Source: the human T2T-CHM13v2.0 reference genome, Homo sapiens
Assembly: GCF_009914755.1 (NCBI RefSeq)
Contig: NC_060941.1
DNA length: 64,000 bases
Direction: 5' to 3' (one strand)
This document shows, in pieces, positions 26,569 through 43,680 of this stretch (position 1 is its first letter; every line of letters starts with the position of its first letter). A model generated the notes under the pieces. The model had not been told where the DNA came from. It searched no databases and saw only the letters and a list, made by a program, of their open reading frames with translations. Position numbers and translations under genes: made by a program.

Positions 26569-27224
26569 TCAGCACATACATATGGCAAAATATTAATATC
26601 CACAACACCTCAAGAACTCCTATAGATGAATAAGAAAGAAGATGAAGAATCCAATAGAAAAAAAAATGGGAAAAAGACATGAACAGGCATTTCACAGAAA
26701 AGGGAAGAGAAAAATAGCCAAACATAAAAAGATACCCCATATCACCGGCAATCATAGAAATGCCAGTTGAGATGACAATGGAATATCATTTGATTCTCAC
26801 TGTGATTGATAAAATTTAAGATATGTGACAATACCAAATGTTGGTGAGGATATGAAGGCCTGAGAATTCTTACATACTGCAGGTGGTAGAACTACATTGA
26901 AAAACAATTGGCGTTGCCTAGCAGAATAAAGCCCATTTCACCCCTTAAACACCCCCCAATACAGGGATCATGTTATTGCCACCGTTTAATATCTTTACTG
27001 AATGAGACTCAGAAAGCTCAAGTGTCTTGTCAGAGTTCACATAAGCTGCAATGTTCCCGATTCTTTTCTTTTTTCTACTCTCTTAACAGGCAGCGATTCT
27101 CTGAGCGGCTTTGCGGCAGGAATGGGAACCCTAAATCTGCCCTTAATTGGCCCCAGGCCGGGGGCCTCTGTCCTGGCTGTGCCTTCAGGCTCTTCAGGTC
27201 TCTGGGCCGCACCACCATGTTCAA

Positions 27225-27239
27225 CCGACAGGGGGCGAC
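27225..27239 (+). promoter_or_regulatory. CTCF-like motif in a local CpG-retaining patch
   Basis: CCGACAGGGGGCGAC; surrounding 27050-27290 keeps CpGs amid AT-rich L1. Confidence 0.5.
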
Positions 27240-27355
27240 CTCTTCCCTGGTTGGGCATTGCCCCTTAGCTCCAGGAAGACAGCTCCAGGAAACTCCTTAA
27301 TTTTAAAAAGAGGAATGATCATTATGTCATTAAATTAAAAAGTTGTGCATATGTA

Positions 27356-27887
<532 letters not shown>

Positions 27888-28146
27888 CTATAACTCTTCT
27901 TTGCAGAGAGGCATGTTGGTGGCTTTGAGCACTGTGCTATTATCAACAACAGTGAATCAACATTTTTGTGTATTTTGTACTTGTGTTTATATTTTTTAGT
28001 AGCAATTCCCAGAGGTAGAATCACTGGAACCAAGAGAGATGAAAATGCTTAACGCTCAACCAAATTGCTTTCCAAAAGAGTGAAATACTTTTATGCTCCT
28101 GCCAGCAGATAATGGAAGTTATTGTTTCAGAGGTGAAATTTTTTAA

Positions 28147-28665
<519 letters not shown>

Positions 28666-28888
28666 TCGTGTTGTCCCTTTATAGCCACACTGGCCTCTTC
28701 CTCTCTCCCCTCTCTGTCCCTGACCCTAACAACCACTAATCTGTTCTCCATTTCTTTATTTTTGTCATTGCAAGAATGTTATATAAGTGGAATCATGAAG
28801 TGAAGTTTTAAAGAAAATTATCATCAAAAACAAATAAACTTATCAATAGAAGAAATATAGAAAACACATTTTTATTTCAATTTTTAAG

Positions 28889-29521
<633 letters not shown>

Positions 29522-32500
29522 CTAGTCCAGATTAGACCAAAATCAGATCATGAGTGCATGGTCTGCATATCTTTAGGCCTGTGGGGGACCTCACATGGGC
29601 TAGTGGCTCTTAGCCTTGGCTGCACATTAGAATCAACTGAGAGTTTTACAAAACACTAATATCCGGTCCCAGCCCACTCCATCCCACCCCCAGAAGGTCA
29701 CATATAGTTGGTCTCAGAAGCAACTCAGCATTGGGATTATTTTAAATCCCCCCAGATGACACTCATGGGCAGCGGGAATTAAGGACCATTGATATATGGG
29801 TTTGGGGTTGGGTTCTATCCAATCCTGTCTGGGCATGGGCTCCTGGGAGAGGTCATGGGCACACCATGCCTTTTCTCCTCTCAGTTCCTTACCTGACTTC
29901 TTGGAAAGCAGACACTTTCCTCTCTAGCAGCTTCTGGGAGGTTCTGGGCTTTCTGGCCTTGCAACATCCTGCACCTCCCCGGCCCACCCCAAATCTCTGC
30001 CTCCTTCATCTAGAGGCTGGTTTTAGACTGGGGTGCACACAAGCTTCCCAACCCATGAGTGCCATCTTCTGAGGCCCAGTATTTTCCACCCTGGGCTCAG
30101 CCAGCCTGGTGGTCAACCTTGCCTCCTTTCTGGACCCGGGAGTGAAGACAGCCATTTGATGACAGCCCAGGGCCTACATCCTTATAGCAGCTCTGCAGAG
30201 GGACAGCCATTCCTGTATTATTGATGAGGCTCTGAGTGGCTGAGTGAGTTCCCCGATAGCCCCAGCTCCTCAACTCGCAGGACTAACAGTCCCAGGCCTG
30301 GGCCTCCCCCACCCGCCACACTCTCCCCAGCACCTCTGCATCTGCCTGATGGGATCTCCAGCTGAGCGGCAAGCAGGAGGGGTGGCATGAGCCAGGCTGA
30401 GGTTAACGCTTGTCCTGCCTTGCACTTCTTTTTCCAGACCAGTGCTCTCCGATGCCCAGCAGCACATTGCTGGCTGAGGAACAGGGCAAGCTGCAGCCCC
30501 CCCTCCCTCCCCCCACCTTCTCACCAACTGTCTCCCAGGGGCCCCCTGAAGAGTGAAATCTCCCCCTGCATCCTGGCAGTGGTGTCCCTCCCCAGGCCTC
30601 TTATTCTGCCATCCAGTCAGGAGATAGTAACCACTCTTTAAAGTGACTCTTGAGAGATGAATTCAAGATACTCACAATGTTCTTTAAAGAGAGGTGGTCA
30701 AGGTGTGAATACCTTGAATTCATCACTCAAGAGTCACCAGTCATCTGCCAAGGCACAGCCTTGTGGTGACAGCAACCGCACCCTCCAAGGGCCACCTTCC
30801 AGGGCCATGAGAAGCGATGGCCTTTGCTGTGGCTCCTATATGACCTTGGGCTTCCTCACTCGTAGGGACATGCTCCAACCCAGGCAGCCAGGCGCTCAGC
30901 TGTGCTCAGACACCTTTTCATCTGAAGTCACGGGGGCAGAGATGGGGAGGAGAAAACACCAAGTTGAGAACTGACTCCTCTGAGAAATACATCATCCATT
31001 GTAAAGTTTTTTTCTCTCCTTCTGCATCTAGTTCAAGAGCCTCGCCCTGAAGTAGCTGGTACATCATTTCTCTTTTTGTACTCATGTTTGTGGGGCTAGA
31101 ACTCAGGGCTTATGGCTGTTGTGTCTGGACCCCCAGCAACCTGTCTAGTTCCTCTGTTTGACTCAGTTTTGGGGGAGAAGCGGAGGGATAGAGTGTGGTG
31201 GAGGGAAGGAGAGGTTTGGGTATGTGTCCTACATATCATTAGAATCCTGGTTTACAGTAAAATGTGCTGGAGGCAGGAAAACGATGCTGGGAGGAGGTAT
31301 TTATAGAAGCGCATCACAGTGCTTTGTAACCTGGCAGGGCCTTATTTGGTTGTCTTGTGAGAATCCTCCTTGGGCAGCACCGTGTTTCTCTTGAGGGGCG
31401 TGTCTTCTGCACGGCGCCGAGGCTGGCTCCAAGTACATCCTAGAGAGCTTTGCTAAAGCCAGATTGGTTTCCCTCCCCAGGCTTCTCCAATCCCTCCTTC
31501 CTCCCTTCACCCCAAAAGGAAGAATCAGCAGAAAAATACATTTTCTCTTGAAACAGAAATACTAGCTCTAATCATGGAGGGGGCTGGGCATGATCAAGAA
31601 TAACTCAGTGTCCAGCAAGAAACACTCGGTTACTTTCTCCCCTCTCCCTCCTCCTTCTCCTCCCCCCTCCCCTCTTCTCTCCCTCTCCACCCTCTCCTTC
31701 CTCCCTTCTTCCTTCTTCTCCACCTCTTCCATAATCACTATTTTGTAAGGAAAATGCTGGGTTCGTCCATCCACCCGCATGATGCAAAGGCCCAGGAGAA
31801 AAGGACTTGAATCTTTAGCTCACTTATCTTAGGCAAGAAGCTGATACTGTTGAGAAAAATCAGGTCAGAGTTTCCATTTGCCATTCAGGAATCTCTGTTT
31901 TTCAGAAGTGAGAGTTTTCAAGGTGGTGAGCTAAGCATTCTGTCCAAGCTTACCTATGCAACCCCACGAGAACCAGGCTGAGAGGTGAATGAGAGACAGT
32001 TTAGTATAGCAGATAACTGGGCTAGATTGCTGGGTTCAAATCCCAGCTCCCCCAGTTTCTAGCTGGGTAAAGCAAAAAGCTTTACCATTCTGTGTCCCAA
32101 CCTCCTTATCTGTAAAGTGGGGACAATAAGCTTGATAAAGATGAGCTATGCCACACCCAGACACATCATAGTCAAAATGTCAAAAGACAAAGATAAAATC
32201 TTGAAAGCTCGGAGAGAAATGTGGTTCATCACACACAAGGGAACTCCCCTGTAAGAGTAAGAACTGACTTCTCATCAAACACACTGGAGTCAAGAAGGCA
32301 GTGGGTCCGTCTATTTAAAGTGCTGGAAGAAAAAAAAAATATTGTCAGCTGAGAATCTTATAGCAACAAAACGATCCTCCAAAAATGAAGATGGAATGAA
32401 AATACCCCAGATAAACAGAAACTGAGAGAATGTGTTGCTGGAAGAGCCACTTGACAGAAAAAAAAAAAAAATGCTAAAAGAAGGTCTTCAGACTGAAAGC

Positions 32501-32570
32501 AAGTGACATCAGACATTAATTTGAATTCTCATAAAAAACAGAGAGGACCAGTGAAGATAATTATGTAGAT

Positions 32571-32782
32571 CAAGCTTGTCCAACTCATGGCCCATGGGCT
32601 GCATGTGGCCCAGGACAGCTTTGAATGCAGCCCAACACAAATACGTAAACTTTCTTAAAACATTATATAAGACTTTCTTGACATTTTTTTTTTTTTTAGC
32701 TCATCAGCTATCATTAATGTTAGTGTATTTTATGTGTGGCCCAAGACAATTCTTCCAATGTGGCACAGGGAAGCCAACCCTG
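32571..32782. mobile_element. MER30 inserted in L1MC-like sequence (~32140-33130)
   Basis: caagcttgtccaac...ccctg; perfect 8-bp TSD atgtagat. Confidence 0.9.
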
Positions 32783-34694
32783 ATGTAGATAATTGGGTAA
32801 AAAAGTAATCATATATAATACATAAGCATTTTATATATTGTGCACATGCACGCACACACACACACACACACACACACCAGAAGTATAATTGCATATTTCT
32901 TCTCGACAGATATAAAAAGCCATTGTATAAAAATATGTATACAATTGAATTGTTGGGCTTATCACATACAGAATTGTAATATATTTGACAATAACAGCAC
33001 AAAGGAGTTGGGAGAAGGAGAAGCCAAGCTGTATTGAAGTAAGGAAATGACATCAAGTGGTAACTCACATACACAGGAAGAAATGGAGAGAACCAGAATA
33101 ATTAATTAAAAGGTTAATGTAACACATTTGTTTTAAAAGAAGACCTACGTGCACTTACCATGTGCCAGGCTAGAGTCTCTATTTTAAGCTTGTTACATGT
33201 GTTACCTCGTAACCCTTTAAAGAAGATGCCATTGTTATCCCTGTTTTAATCATAGTGCCTACTGCAAAGCGTTGTTGGGAGATGGTGTGAATTACTATGT
33301 GTAAATTGCTAGAACAGTGTCTGGCACGTGGTCCTGGTCCAATAAATGTCATCCTACTGGAATAGGGGTGCAGACATACATGGGTGAGGGAGGCTGAGGA
33401 AGGGTGAAAAGGCCCTGGCCTGGCTTCCTTGCAGGCTTCTGAAGCCTGGGTCTGATAGATGACCAGTGTCACTAGAATTAGATCAAGTCTGAACATTGTT
33501 TCTGTCTACACATATTAACACACAGGGTACCAAATTGTTTTCCATTTCTCGCTGGCTGTTATTGCACCCGGTAGCCATGGGGGCAGTGAGCATTTGGTGT
33601 TCAGCTGGAGCTGCCAGAGGTGGTGGCCCGAGCAGGCTCCTAATTGCCAACAGTTAAGACTTAATGTCACCGAATTATGAAGTTTGCCACCCCCGTTGCC
33701 ACTATGTTTAAGTGGAATCTAAGGAAGAAGAAAGCATGCAATCCTGCCTTTTCTAAAGGGTGTTTTGCTTTCTGCAAATGCTGAAAAATAAAAATCAATT
33801 TCTGGTGTGGGAGTTGGGTGGTGGCTCCCTTCATCTTGGGGCTGGTCTTTGGGCTGGAGTGTTTCTCCTGCTGCTGAGGTCCCTGGTATGCCCTATGGCC
33901 GAGTTGTGACTTGGCATGGCAGAGAGTTGGGTTGTATCTGCAGGGCATGGCTGATGGTGGGTCTGGGAGTGATTCGAGTCATTAGTTGGAGGAGCAGAAA
34001 GCCCCAAGAAGCAGAAATATTTGCTCAAGAACTCATCTCTATGTTGTTGGAAAAAGGCAGAATTTTTTAAATGTATGGATTAAATGGAAGAGAAAGATGG
34101 TCTCTATCTCTTCATAGGTACAGGTGTTGGGGAGACGTGAATAGGGTCTGTGCTTGGGGGCTACACACGCCCAGCTATGAATCCAATCCAGCTTGTGTCA
34201 CTTACAAGCTGCCTTAGAGAGCTCTCTGTCTCTCTGTATATATGTGTGTGTGTGCACATAGGCACATGTGTGTATGCGAAAGTGCACATACATAAACACA
34301 TATATATAATATATAAAATGCTTATGTAGTATATATGATTACTTTTTTACCCAAGAATATCACACTTCCCACATTGAGCATATGGAACTTCCTCATATGT
34401 AATAGTTACAGAATATTCCATTATATGGTTGAATCCTAATTTATTTAACGAGCATCGCCCGCCCCCCTCCCCAGCATTGGTCATTGAAGCAGCAGAGATA
34501 TGCTTCCACATGCATCTTAGCATGATTTTCTCAATATAGCCGTAAAGTACATTCATAGCTATGGAATTACTAGGTCATAGAATAATTACATGTTTAATTT
34601 TGGTGGATTCCACCAAATAGATATGTACACTCACTCCTACCAAGAGTATATGAGAGTGCTGCGTCTTACAACCTTGTCTGCCAGCATATTCTCT

Positions 34695-34697
<3 letters not shown>

Positions 34698-34729
<32 letters not shown>
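34698..34729. repeat. (TG)n microsatellite
   Basis: Pure TG run. Confidence 0.95.
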
Positions 34730-34731
<2 letters not shown>

Positions 34732-35032
34732 TCAGTCTCAGAAGGGGTTTACCAGTTCTACAGGTGGATATTGTATGTTTGTTTTTTATTCATTAATTTC
34801 TGCTGTCTTATTATTTCTTTTCTCCTATTATGGGGTTTATTTGCATTCTTTTTCCACTTTCTTGGGCTAGGTACTTAGATGGTTTACTTCTAGCCCTTCT
34901 TTTTTTTCTAATATATGCTCTTAAGGTTATGATTTTCCTTCTAAGCTAACTTTGCTTTACCCAACAAGTTTTGATAAGTTATGTGTCTATCATTATTCAG
35001 TTCAACAGACAAAGAGAACATCTTAAATTTAG

Positions 35033-35473
<441 letters not shown>

Positions 35474-36730
35474 TGAGATTTATACACATAATCCTCTTTT
35501 CATTGCTTCTCTTCTCTTCTGCATTTCTATGCTTCAATGCTGATCATTCTGCCTGAAGAATCTGTTTAGTAATTTTTTTGATTCAAGTCTGCTGATAACA
35601 ACTTTCCTCAATTTTTGTTTGTCTGAAAATATTTCTATGTTGCCTTCAATGTTGAGGGATATTTTTACTGGACAGGACATTCTAAGTGGACGATTACTTT
35701 CTTTAAGCATATTAAAGGTGTTTTCATGTTATGTTCTGGCATTCATCATTCCTGTGTCTGATGTTTTCATGCCTCTTGATATGTCCGGTAACTTTTGATT
35801 GAATGCTAGACATCTGTGTGGAACACAATAGAAGTTTTGGCATTGTCATCTTCCCCAAGGTAGGATTCACTTTTGCTGTTAGAATCCTACCTTGGGGAAT
35901 CTGTTAGATATCCTGTTAGAATCCTGTTGGCAATCTGTTAGATAGGAGAAGGTTGCCTATATCCAGTCATGAATTGAGCTGATTTGAAGATGAGTTTCAG
36001 TCTTTGTGAAGGCGGATCTATTACTTGCTCACCTAGAGTAGGAGCCTTCCCAGACCCCCATTTGAAAGATTGAGCTATTTACCAGACCTGTCCTCTTTGG
36101 CAAGCTCTCAACTCCAATGTTGAGTCCATAGCATCATAAGATTGCTGTGCCATCTGCACAACCTTTTGTTCTGCCTCTCAGACTCTCATTCTGTGTGAAC
36201 TGACACATACCTCAACTGCAGAGGTTGTACAAAATATAAGTCTTATCTCAATGCATTTCCTTCATCTTCAGTTATTGACCTCTAAACTATTGGTTTCCTT
36301 GATTGCTCTCCAATGTCTTCAAATAGATTTAATCCAACTGTTTCAATTATTTTCAGCAAGAAGCTTGGTCCATGCTACATAAGCTAGTTCATTATCACCA
36401 GAAATGGAAGTCTGAACTCTCTTTTTATTTCCATTGATTGATTTATTTTTTCATCAGCATCAAACTGTTTTAATTTTTGTAGCTGCTCAATAAGCATGAA
36501 TAGCTGGTAGTTCCCACTCATTTATGTTCATCTTTAAAAGAAATATCCTGGTTATTCTAAAATGCATCCTTTAGACTAACCCCAGAACCATGTGTCATCT
36601 TCTAAACCAAACTCATTGCATTTAATTCACACATTAATTTAAAGAAGAGTTGATATTTTTACAACATTGTATTCCTATTTTAAAATGTGATATTTTATTT
36701 ATCAGTCTTGTTTTATGTTCATCAATATAT

Positions 36731-36850
36731 ATTTTTAAGGTGAGGTCTCACTATGTTGCCCAGGCTAGTCTTGAATTACTGAACTCAAGCCATCCTGCTG
36801 CCTCAGCCTCCCAAGTGTTGAGATTACAGGCATGAGCCACCATGCCTTGA
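36731..36850 (-). mobile_element. Alu monomer (FLAM-like)
   Basis: gaggtctcactatgttgcccaggct...attacaggcatgagccac. Confidence 0.8.
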
Positions 36851-37344
36851 TCGTTCAACAGTAGTTTTAAGGTTTTCTTTATGTAGCACCGGCATATAAC
36901 TTATTAAGTTTATTTCCAATAGTTTACCATTTTGTTACTGTATAGATATTATTTTTTAATGCATTACATTTTCCAACTGGCTATTTGTGTGTAGCTGTTT
37001 ATTTTTTAATGTTATTTTTGTGCACAGCCATTTATCTCAACTCTTGTACTATTTTTATGTTTTTTTTTTTCAGCTGGTTTTGATCTGGGCATGCATATGT
37101 TTACAGTGTTGCACAAGTGGTGATGATGCACCCCAGAAAATTTCAAATCGCTGATGTAAGACATTCTGCTTTACATAGGAGGTCTTGGAATTTTCTGGAG
37201 TATCATCAATAGTATAGAGCTCTCAGTCTAGCAAATCATGTAGCTACAGCAAACAGAGCTGAGCAGAGCCCAGGTTCCAAATTCTCAGTAGAAATAGGGA
37301 CTCTTCTGTTATGGAGTTGTTTCAAATTCTCTCTGTCTATGTAG

Positions 37345-37730
<386 letters not shown>

Positions 37731-38231
37731 AAGTCTGACAAAATTTCTAAGAATGCTAAAACAATTCGTATTGTTTAATCCAGAAATTCCACTTAATTAC
37801 ACTTGCAGAATTTATCCTGAGAAAATTCTTGCAGATGCCCACACATATTTAGCTGTAAGTATGGTTATTTACTGTAGATTACAATAAAGGAAATTTTGGA
37901 AAAAACCTGGATGTTCTAGAGTAGAGAAATGGCTACATCAATTTTGGTATATGCAAATCAGAGACTATATATATTCTGCAGCTACTAAAAACAGTGCAGA
38001 AAATATTTATGCTATTAAGTAAAATAAAACTAGGCCCCACTATGGATGGTATGTGCAGTATGGTCCCTTTTTAAAATTTTTTTTGGCAGGATCTTGCTCT
38101 GTCGCCCAGGCTGGAATGCAGTGGTGTGATCATAGCATAACCTTGAACTCCTGGGCTCAGGTGATCTTCTCGCTTCAGTCTCCCAAAGCACTGGGATTAG
38201 AGCACTCCACCACACCTTACCTTCCATTTTA

Positions 38232-39729
38232 TTTTATTTTTAAATTTTATTTTATTTTAAGTTCCAGTATACATGTGCAAGGTTTGTAGGTTTGTTAACC
38301 TAGGTAAATGTGTGTCATGGTGGTTTGCCACACCTATCAACCCATAACCTAGGTATTAAGCCCTGCATGCTTTAGCTATTTGTCCTGATGTTCTCCCTCC
38401 CTCTGCCCACTGCCTCCTGCACTGACAGGCCCTGGTGTGTGTTTTTCCCCTCCCTGTGTCCATGTGTTCTCATTGTTCAGCTCCCACTTATGAGTGAAGA
38501 CGTGCAGTATTTGGTTTTCTGTTCCTGTGTTAGTTTGCTGAGGATGATGGCTTCCAGCTTCATCCATGTCCCTGCAAAGGACATGATCTCATTCCTTTTT
38601 AAGGTTGCATAGTATTCCATGGTGTATATGTACTACATTTTCTTTATCCAGTCTATCATTGATGGGCATTTGAGTTGATTCCATGTCTTTGCTCTTGTGA
38701 ATAGTGCTGCAATAAACATATGTGTGCATGTATCTTTATAATAGAATGATTTATATTCCTTTGGGTATATACCCAGTAATGGCATTCTTGGGTCAAATGG
38801 TATTTCTGGTTCTAGATCCTTGAGGAATATCCATACTGTCTTCCAAAATGGTTGAACTAATTTACATTCCCACCAACAGTGTAAAAGCACTCCTATTTCT
38901 ACATAGCCTTGCCAGCATCTATTGTTTCTTGACTTTTTAATAATCACCATTCTGACTGACATGAGATGGTATCTCATTGTGGTTTTGATTTGTATTTCTC
39001 TAGTGATCAGTGATGTTGAGTTTTTTTTCATATGTTTGTTGGCCACATAAATGTCTTCTTTTGAGAAGCATCTGTTCATGTCCTTTGCCTACCTTTTTAT
39101 GGGGTTGTTTGTTTTTTTCTTGTAAATTTGTTTAAGTTCCTTGTAAATTCTGGGTATTAGACCTTTGTTAGATGAGTAGATTGTAAAAACTTTCTCCCAT
39201 TCTGTTGGCTGTCTGTTCACTTTGATGATAGTTTCTTTTGCTGTGCAGAACCTCTTTAGTTTGATTAGATCCCATTTGTCAATTTTTGCTTTTGTTGCAA
39301 TTGCTTTTGGTGATTTCATCATAAAATCTTTGCCCATGCCTGTGTCCTGAATGGTATTGGCTATATTTTCTTCTAGGGTTTTTATGGTTTGGGGTTTTAC
39401 ATTTAAATCTTTAATCCATCTTGAGTTAATTTTTGTATAAGGTGTAAGGAAGGGGTCCAGTTTCAGTTTTCTGCATATGGCTAGCCAGTTTTCCAAGCAC
39501 TGTTTATTAAATAGGGAATCCTTTCCCCATTGCTTGTTTTTGTCAGGTTTGTTGAAGATCAAATCATTGTAGATGTGTGATCTTATTTCTGAGATATCTA
39601 TTCTGTTACATTGATCTATGTGTCTGTTTGCATACCAGTGCCACGCTGTTTTGATTACTATAGTCTTGTAGTATAGTTTGAAGTCATGTAGCATGATGCC
39701 TTCAGCTTTGTTCTTTTTGCTTAGGATTG
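38232..39729 (-). mobile_element. L1PA/PB 3' 1.5 kb with frameshifted ORF2 remnant; Alu monomer just upstream (~38076-38215)
   Basis: ORFs 39089-39694 and 38633-39079 translate to the L1 ORF2 C-terminus ([37 protein letters not shown]); TSD accttccatttta. Confidence 0.95.
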
Positions 39730-40718
39730 ACCTTCCATTTTAAATGCATAGAAAATTTCTGCAAAGAAAACAATGATATAATTGCTATTATCACTACTTG
39801 GTTAGTACTACCTGGTTAGACAGCGCTCCTACTTGGTGTTTATGCCCATGCCTTTGGGGAAATATTGTGATATTTATGAGACATCTTGTTGGACTTTCAA
39901 TAAAGGCACCGTCAGCTCTCTCTCCAGCTGGACTTCTTCTTTTGTTAAGAGCAGTGACCCTTGCTGGGTGCCTGTCATGCCCCTTGGTCCCTACGGAAAA
40001 TGGACCTTCAGTTACCTTCTGCCAAACCAAGGATGAGAAAGTTGTATTAGACACTGACCTCCACTCCAGGAAGTTTTGGAATGCAGTGTGGCAGGGGTGT
40101 GCCAGAGCTCTGTATCCTCATCTCTGTAGCCTGGACTCCTGGCAGACAGGCTAGCTGTGGCTTTGCTTTTAGTCTTGGGGCAGAGAGAGCCTCACACTCC
40201 AAAAGCATAATCCTGGGGTTTTGTTTTTGTCAAAGGACAGGAATCCCTGCCTGGCAATGCTCACTCTCCAAAGGGCCTCAACAATGTGGCAGAGAGAGTT
40301 TGGTGGGGTCAGCAGGGAAAACAGGCCACTCATCAGGACCTCCATCCCTCATTAGCTGGCAGCTTCATGACCACTTGTTGGGGGCCAGTGTCTCTAACTA
40401 AAAGGATCCCAGGTTGGAAGAGCAGGACTGTAATGACACCTAGAGGTCTCCAGTCTCCAGGTGACACATCCCCTTCTGATGCTGAGTCCCTGCTGTGCTT
40501 GACGTGTCCTTAGTACGCACTTGACCCATGTTTGCTAACATCATATTTATTCTTTGTCTACTGAGATGCCACTGTGCCCACCATGAAGACACCTTTTATA
40601 TCATTAAACAGAGCATTTTATCTCCTCACATCAGAAAAAACTCAAATCTCTCCAATTTGTTGATATGGAGATGAGAGAGGAGACAGGAGGGCTGAAATTT
40701 GCCAGGGATGGAAAATAA

Positions 40719-41189
<471 letters not shown>

Positions 41190-41591
41190 TGATTGCAGCA
41201 TTGTACTGAGATGGCATGAGGTAGCCCAGACTTACTTGATAAGTCTTTCATAAGTCTTCACAATAACTCTTATGAAGTTATCCCTGTTTTACAGATGAAG
41301 AGACTGAGGTTCAGAGTGGCCATGTGACTGGCCCAGGATGGTACATGGGAGAGCCAGCATTACATCCCAGATTTGCCTACTTCCGTGTGCCATTCACTCC
41401 CCCATGTAGCTGTAAACTCCAGGGACTAAACTATGACCCTCAAGCCCTCTGTCACTGTCACGTTCTGGACAAGGCCATGCCTGGAATTTATATCACATCT
41501 AGGTAGTGAGAAGGAGCTAAGTAAGTGAATAAAGAAGTTATTTTGGTAACTTCTGTTGTGTATCAAATTATCTTGAAACGTAATGGTATAA

Positions 41592-42915
<1,324 letters not shown>

Positions 42916-43477
42916 ACCAAGGAAGATAATGGGGATTAGCATGGTGGGAAGCAGGCAGGGCCAGAGAAGCACTGGGGGTTTTCCTCTGGTCACCAGCCCA
43001 TCCTGCTGGACACTGGCTACGCTGACACTGAGTCACTGGACAAGCTCCCAGGAGCAGCTCTTGTCACTGGCTCCAAAGCTTTGTCAAAAACCCCTACACC
43101 ATGAACCTTTTATCAAAGCACTCTGAGTTTTCTCTGAGCCAGTAGGAAACTGAGATCAGGGTGTCTGCATTTGACTCTCTTTCCACTTCCTTCCTCCTTC
43201 TCTCCAATTAAACCCCATCCATCCTTCCCAGCAATTGATAACTGGGCTCTCACTTGCTCCTCTAACCTCACCTACCTCTGGGCACCTAAGCACTTCATTG
43301 CAAGTCCTTTTATTATTGGCTTGAGCAGGGGAATGTGCCATTAATGATTTAATCTCCACAAGACATTTCTCCCTAATTGCTAGTCATGGATGATAATTAG
43401 CGACTGTTAATTCCTGATAATTAACAAGCTAATACTTAGAGGTAATGGCGCCTGGGTAATCATCTTAAAAAGCTCCT

Positions 43478-43680
43478 GTTTCTACTAAAAATACAAAAAA
43501 ATTAGCCGGGCGTGGTGGCAGGCACCTGTAGTCCCAGCTACTCAGGAGGCTGAGGCAGGAGAATGGCGTGCACCTGGGAGGCGGAGCTTGCAGTGAGCCA
43601 AGATCGCACCACGGCATTCCAGCCTGGGTGACAGAGCGAGACTCCATCTCAAAAAGAAACAAACAAACAAACAAAAAACT
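43478..43680 (+). mobile_element. 5'-truncated AluY
   Basis: Starts at linker tctactaaaaatacaaaaaa; gcggagcttgcagtgag diagnostic. Confidence 0.9.

Noticed and set aside
38633-39694. 201-aa and 148-aa ORFs as a gene
   Set aside because: Frameshifted L1 ORF2 remnants in a 5'-truncated copy.
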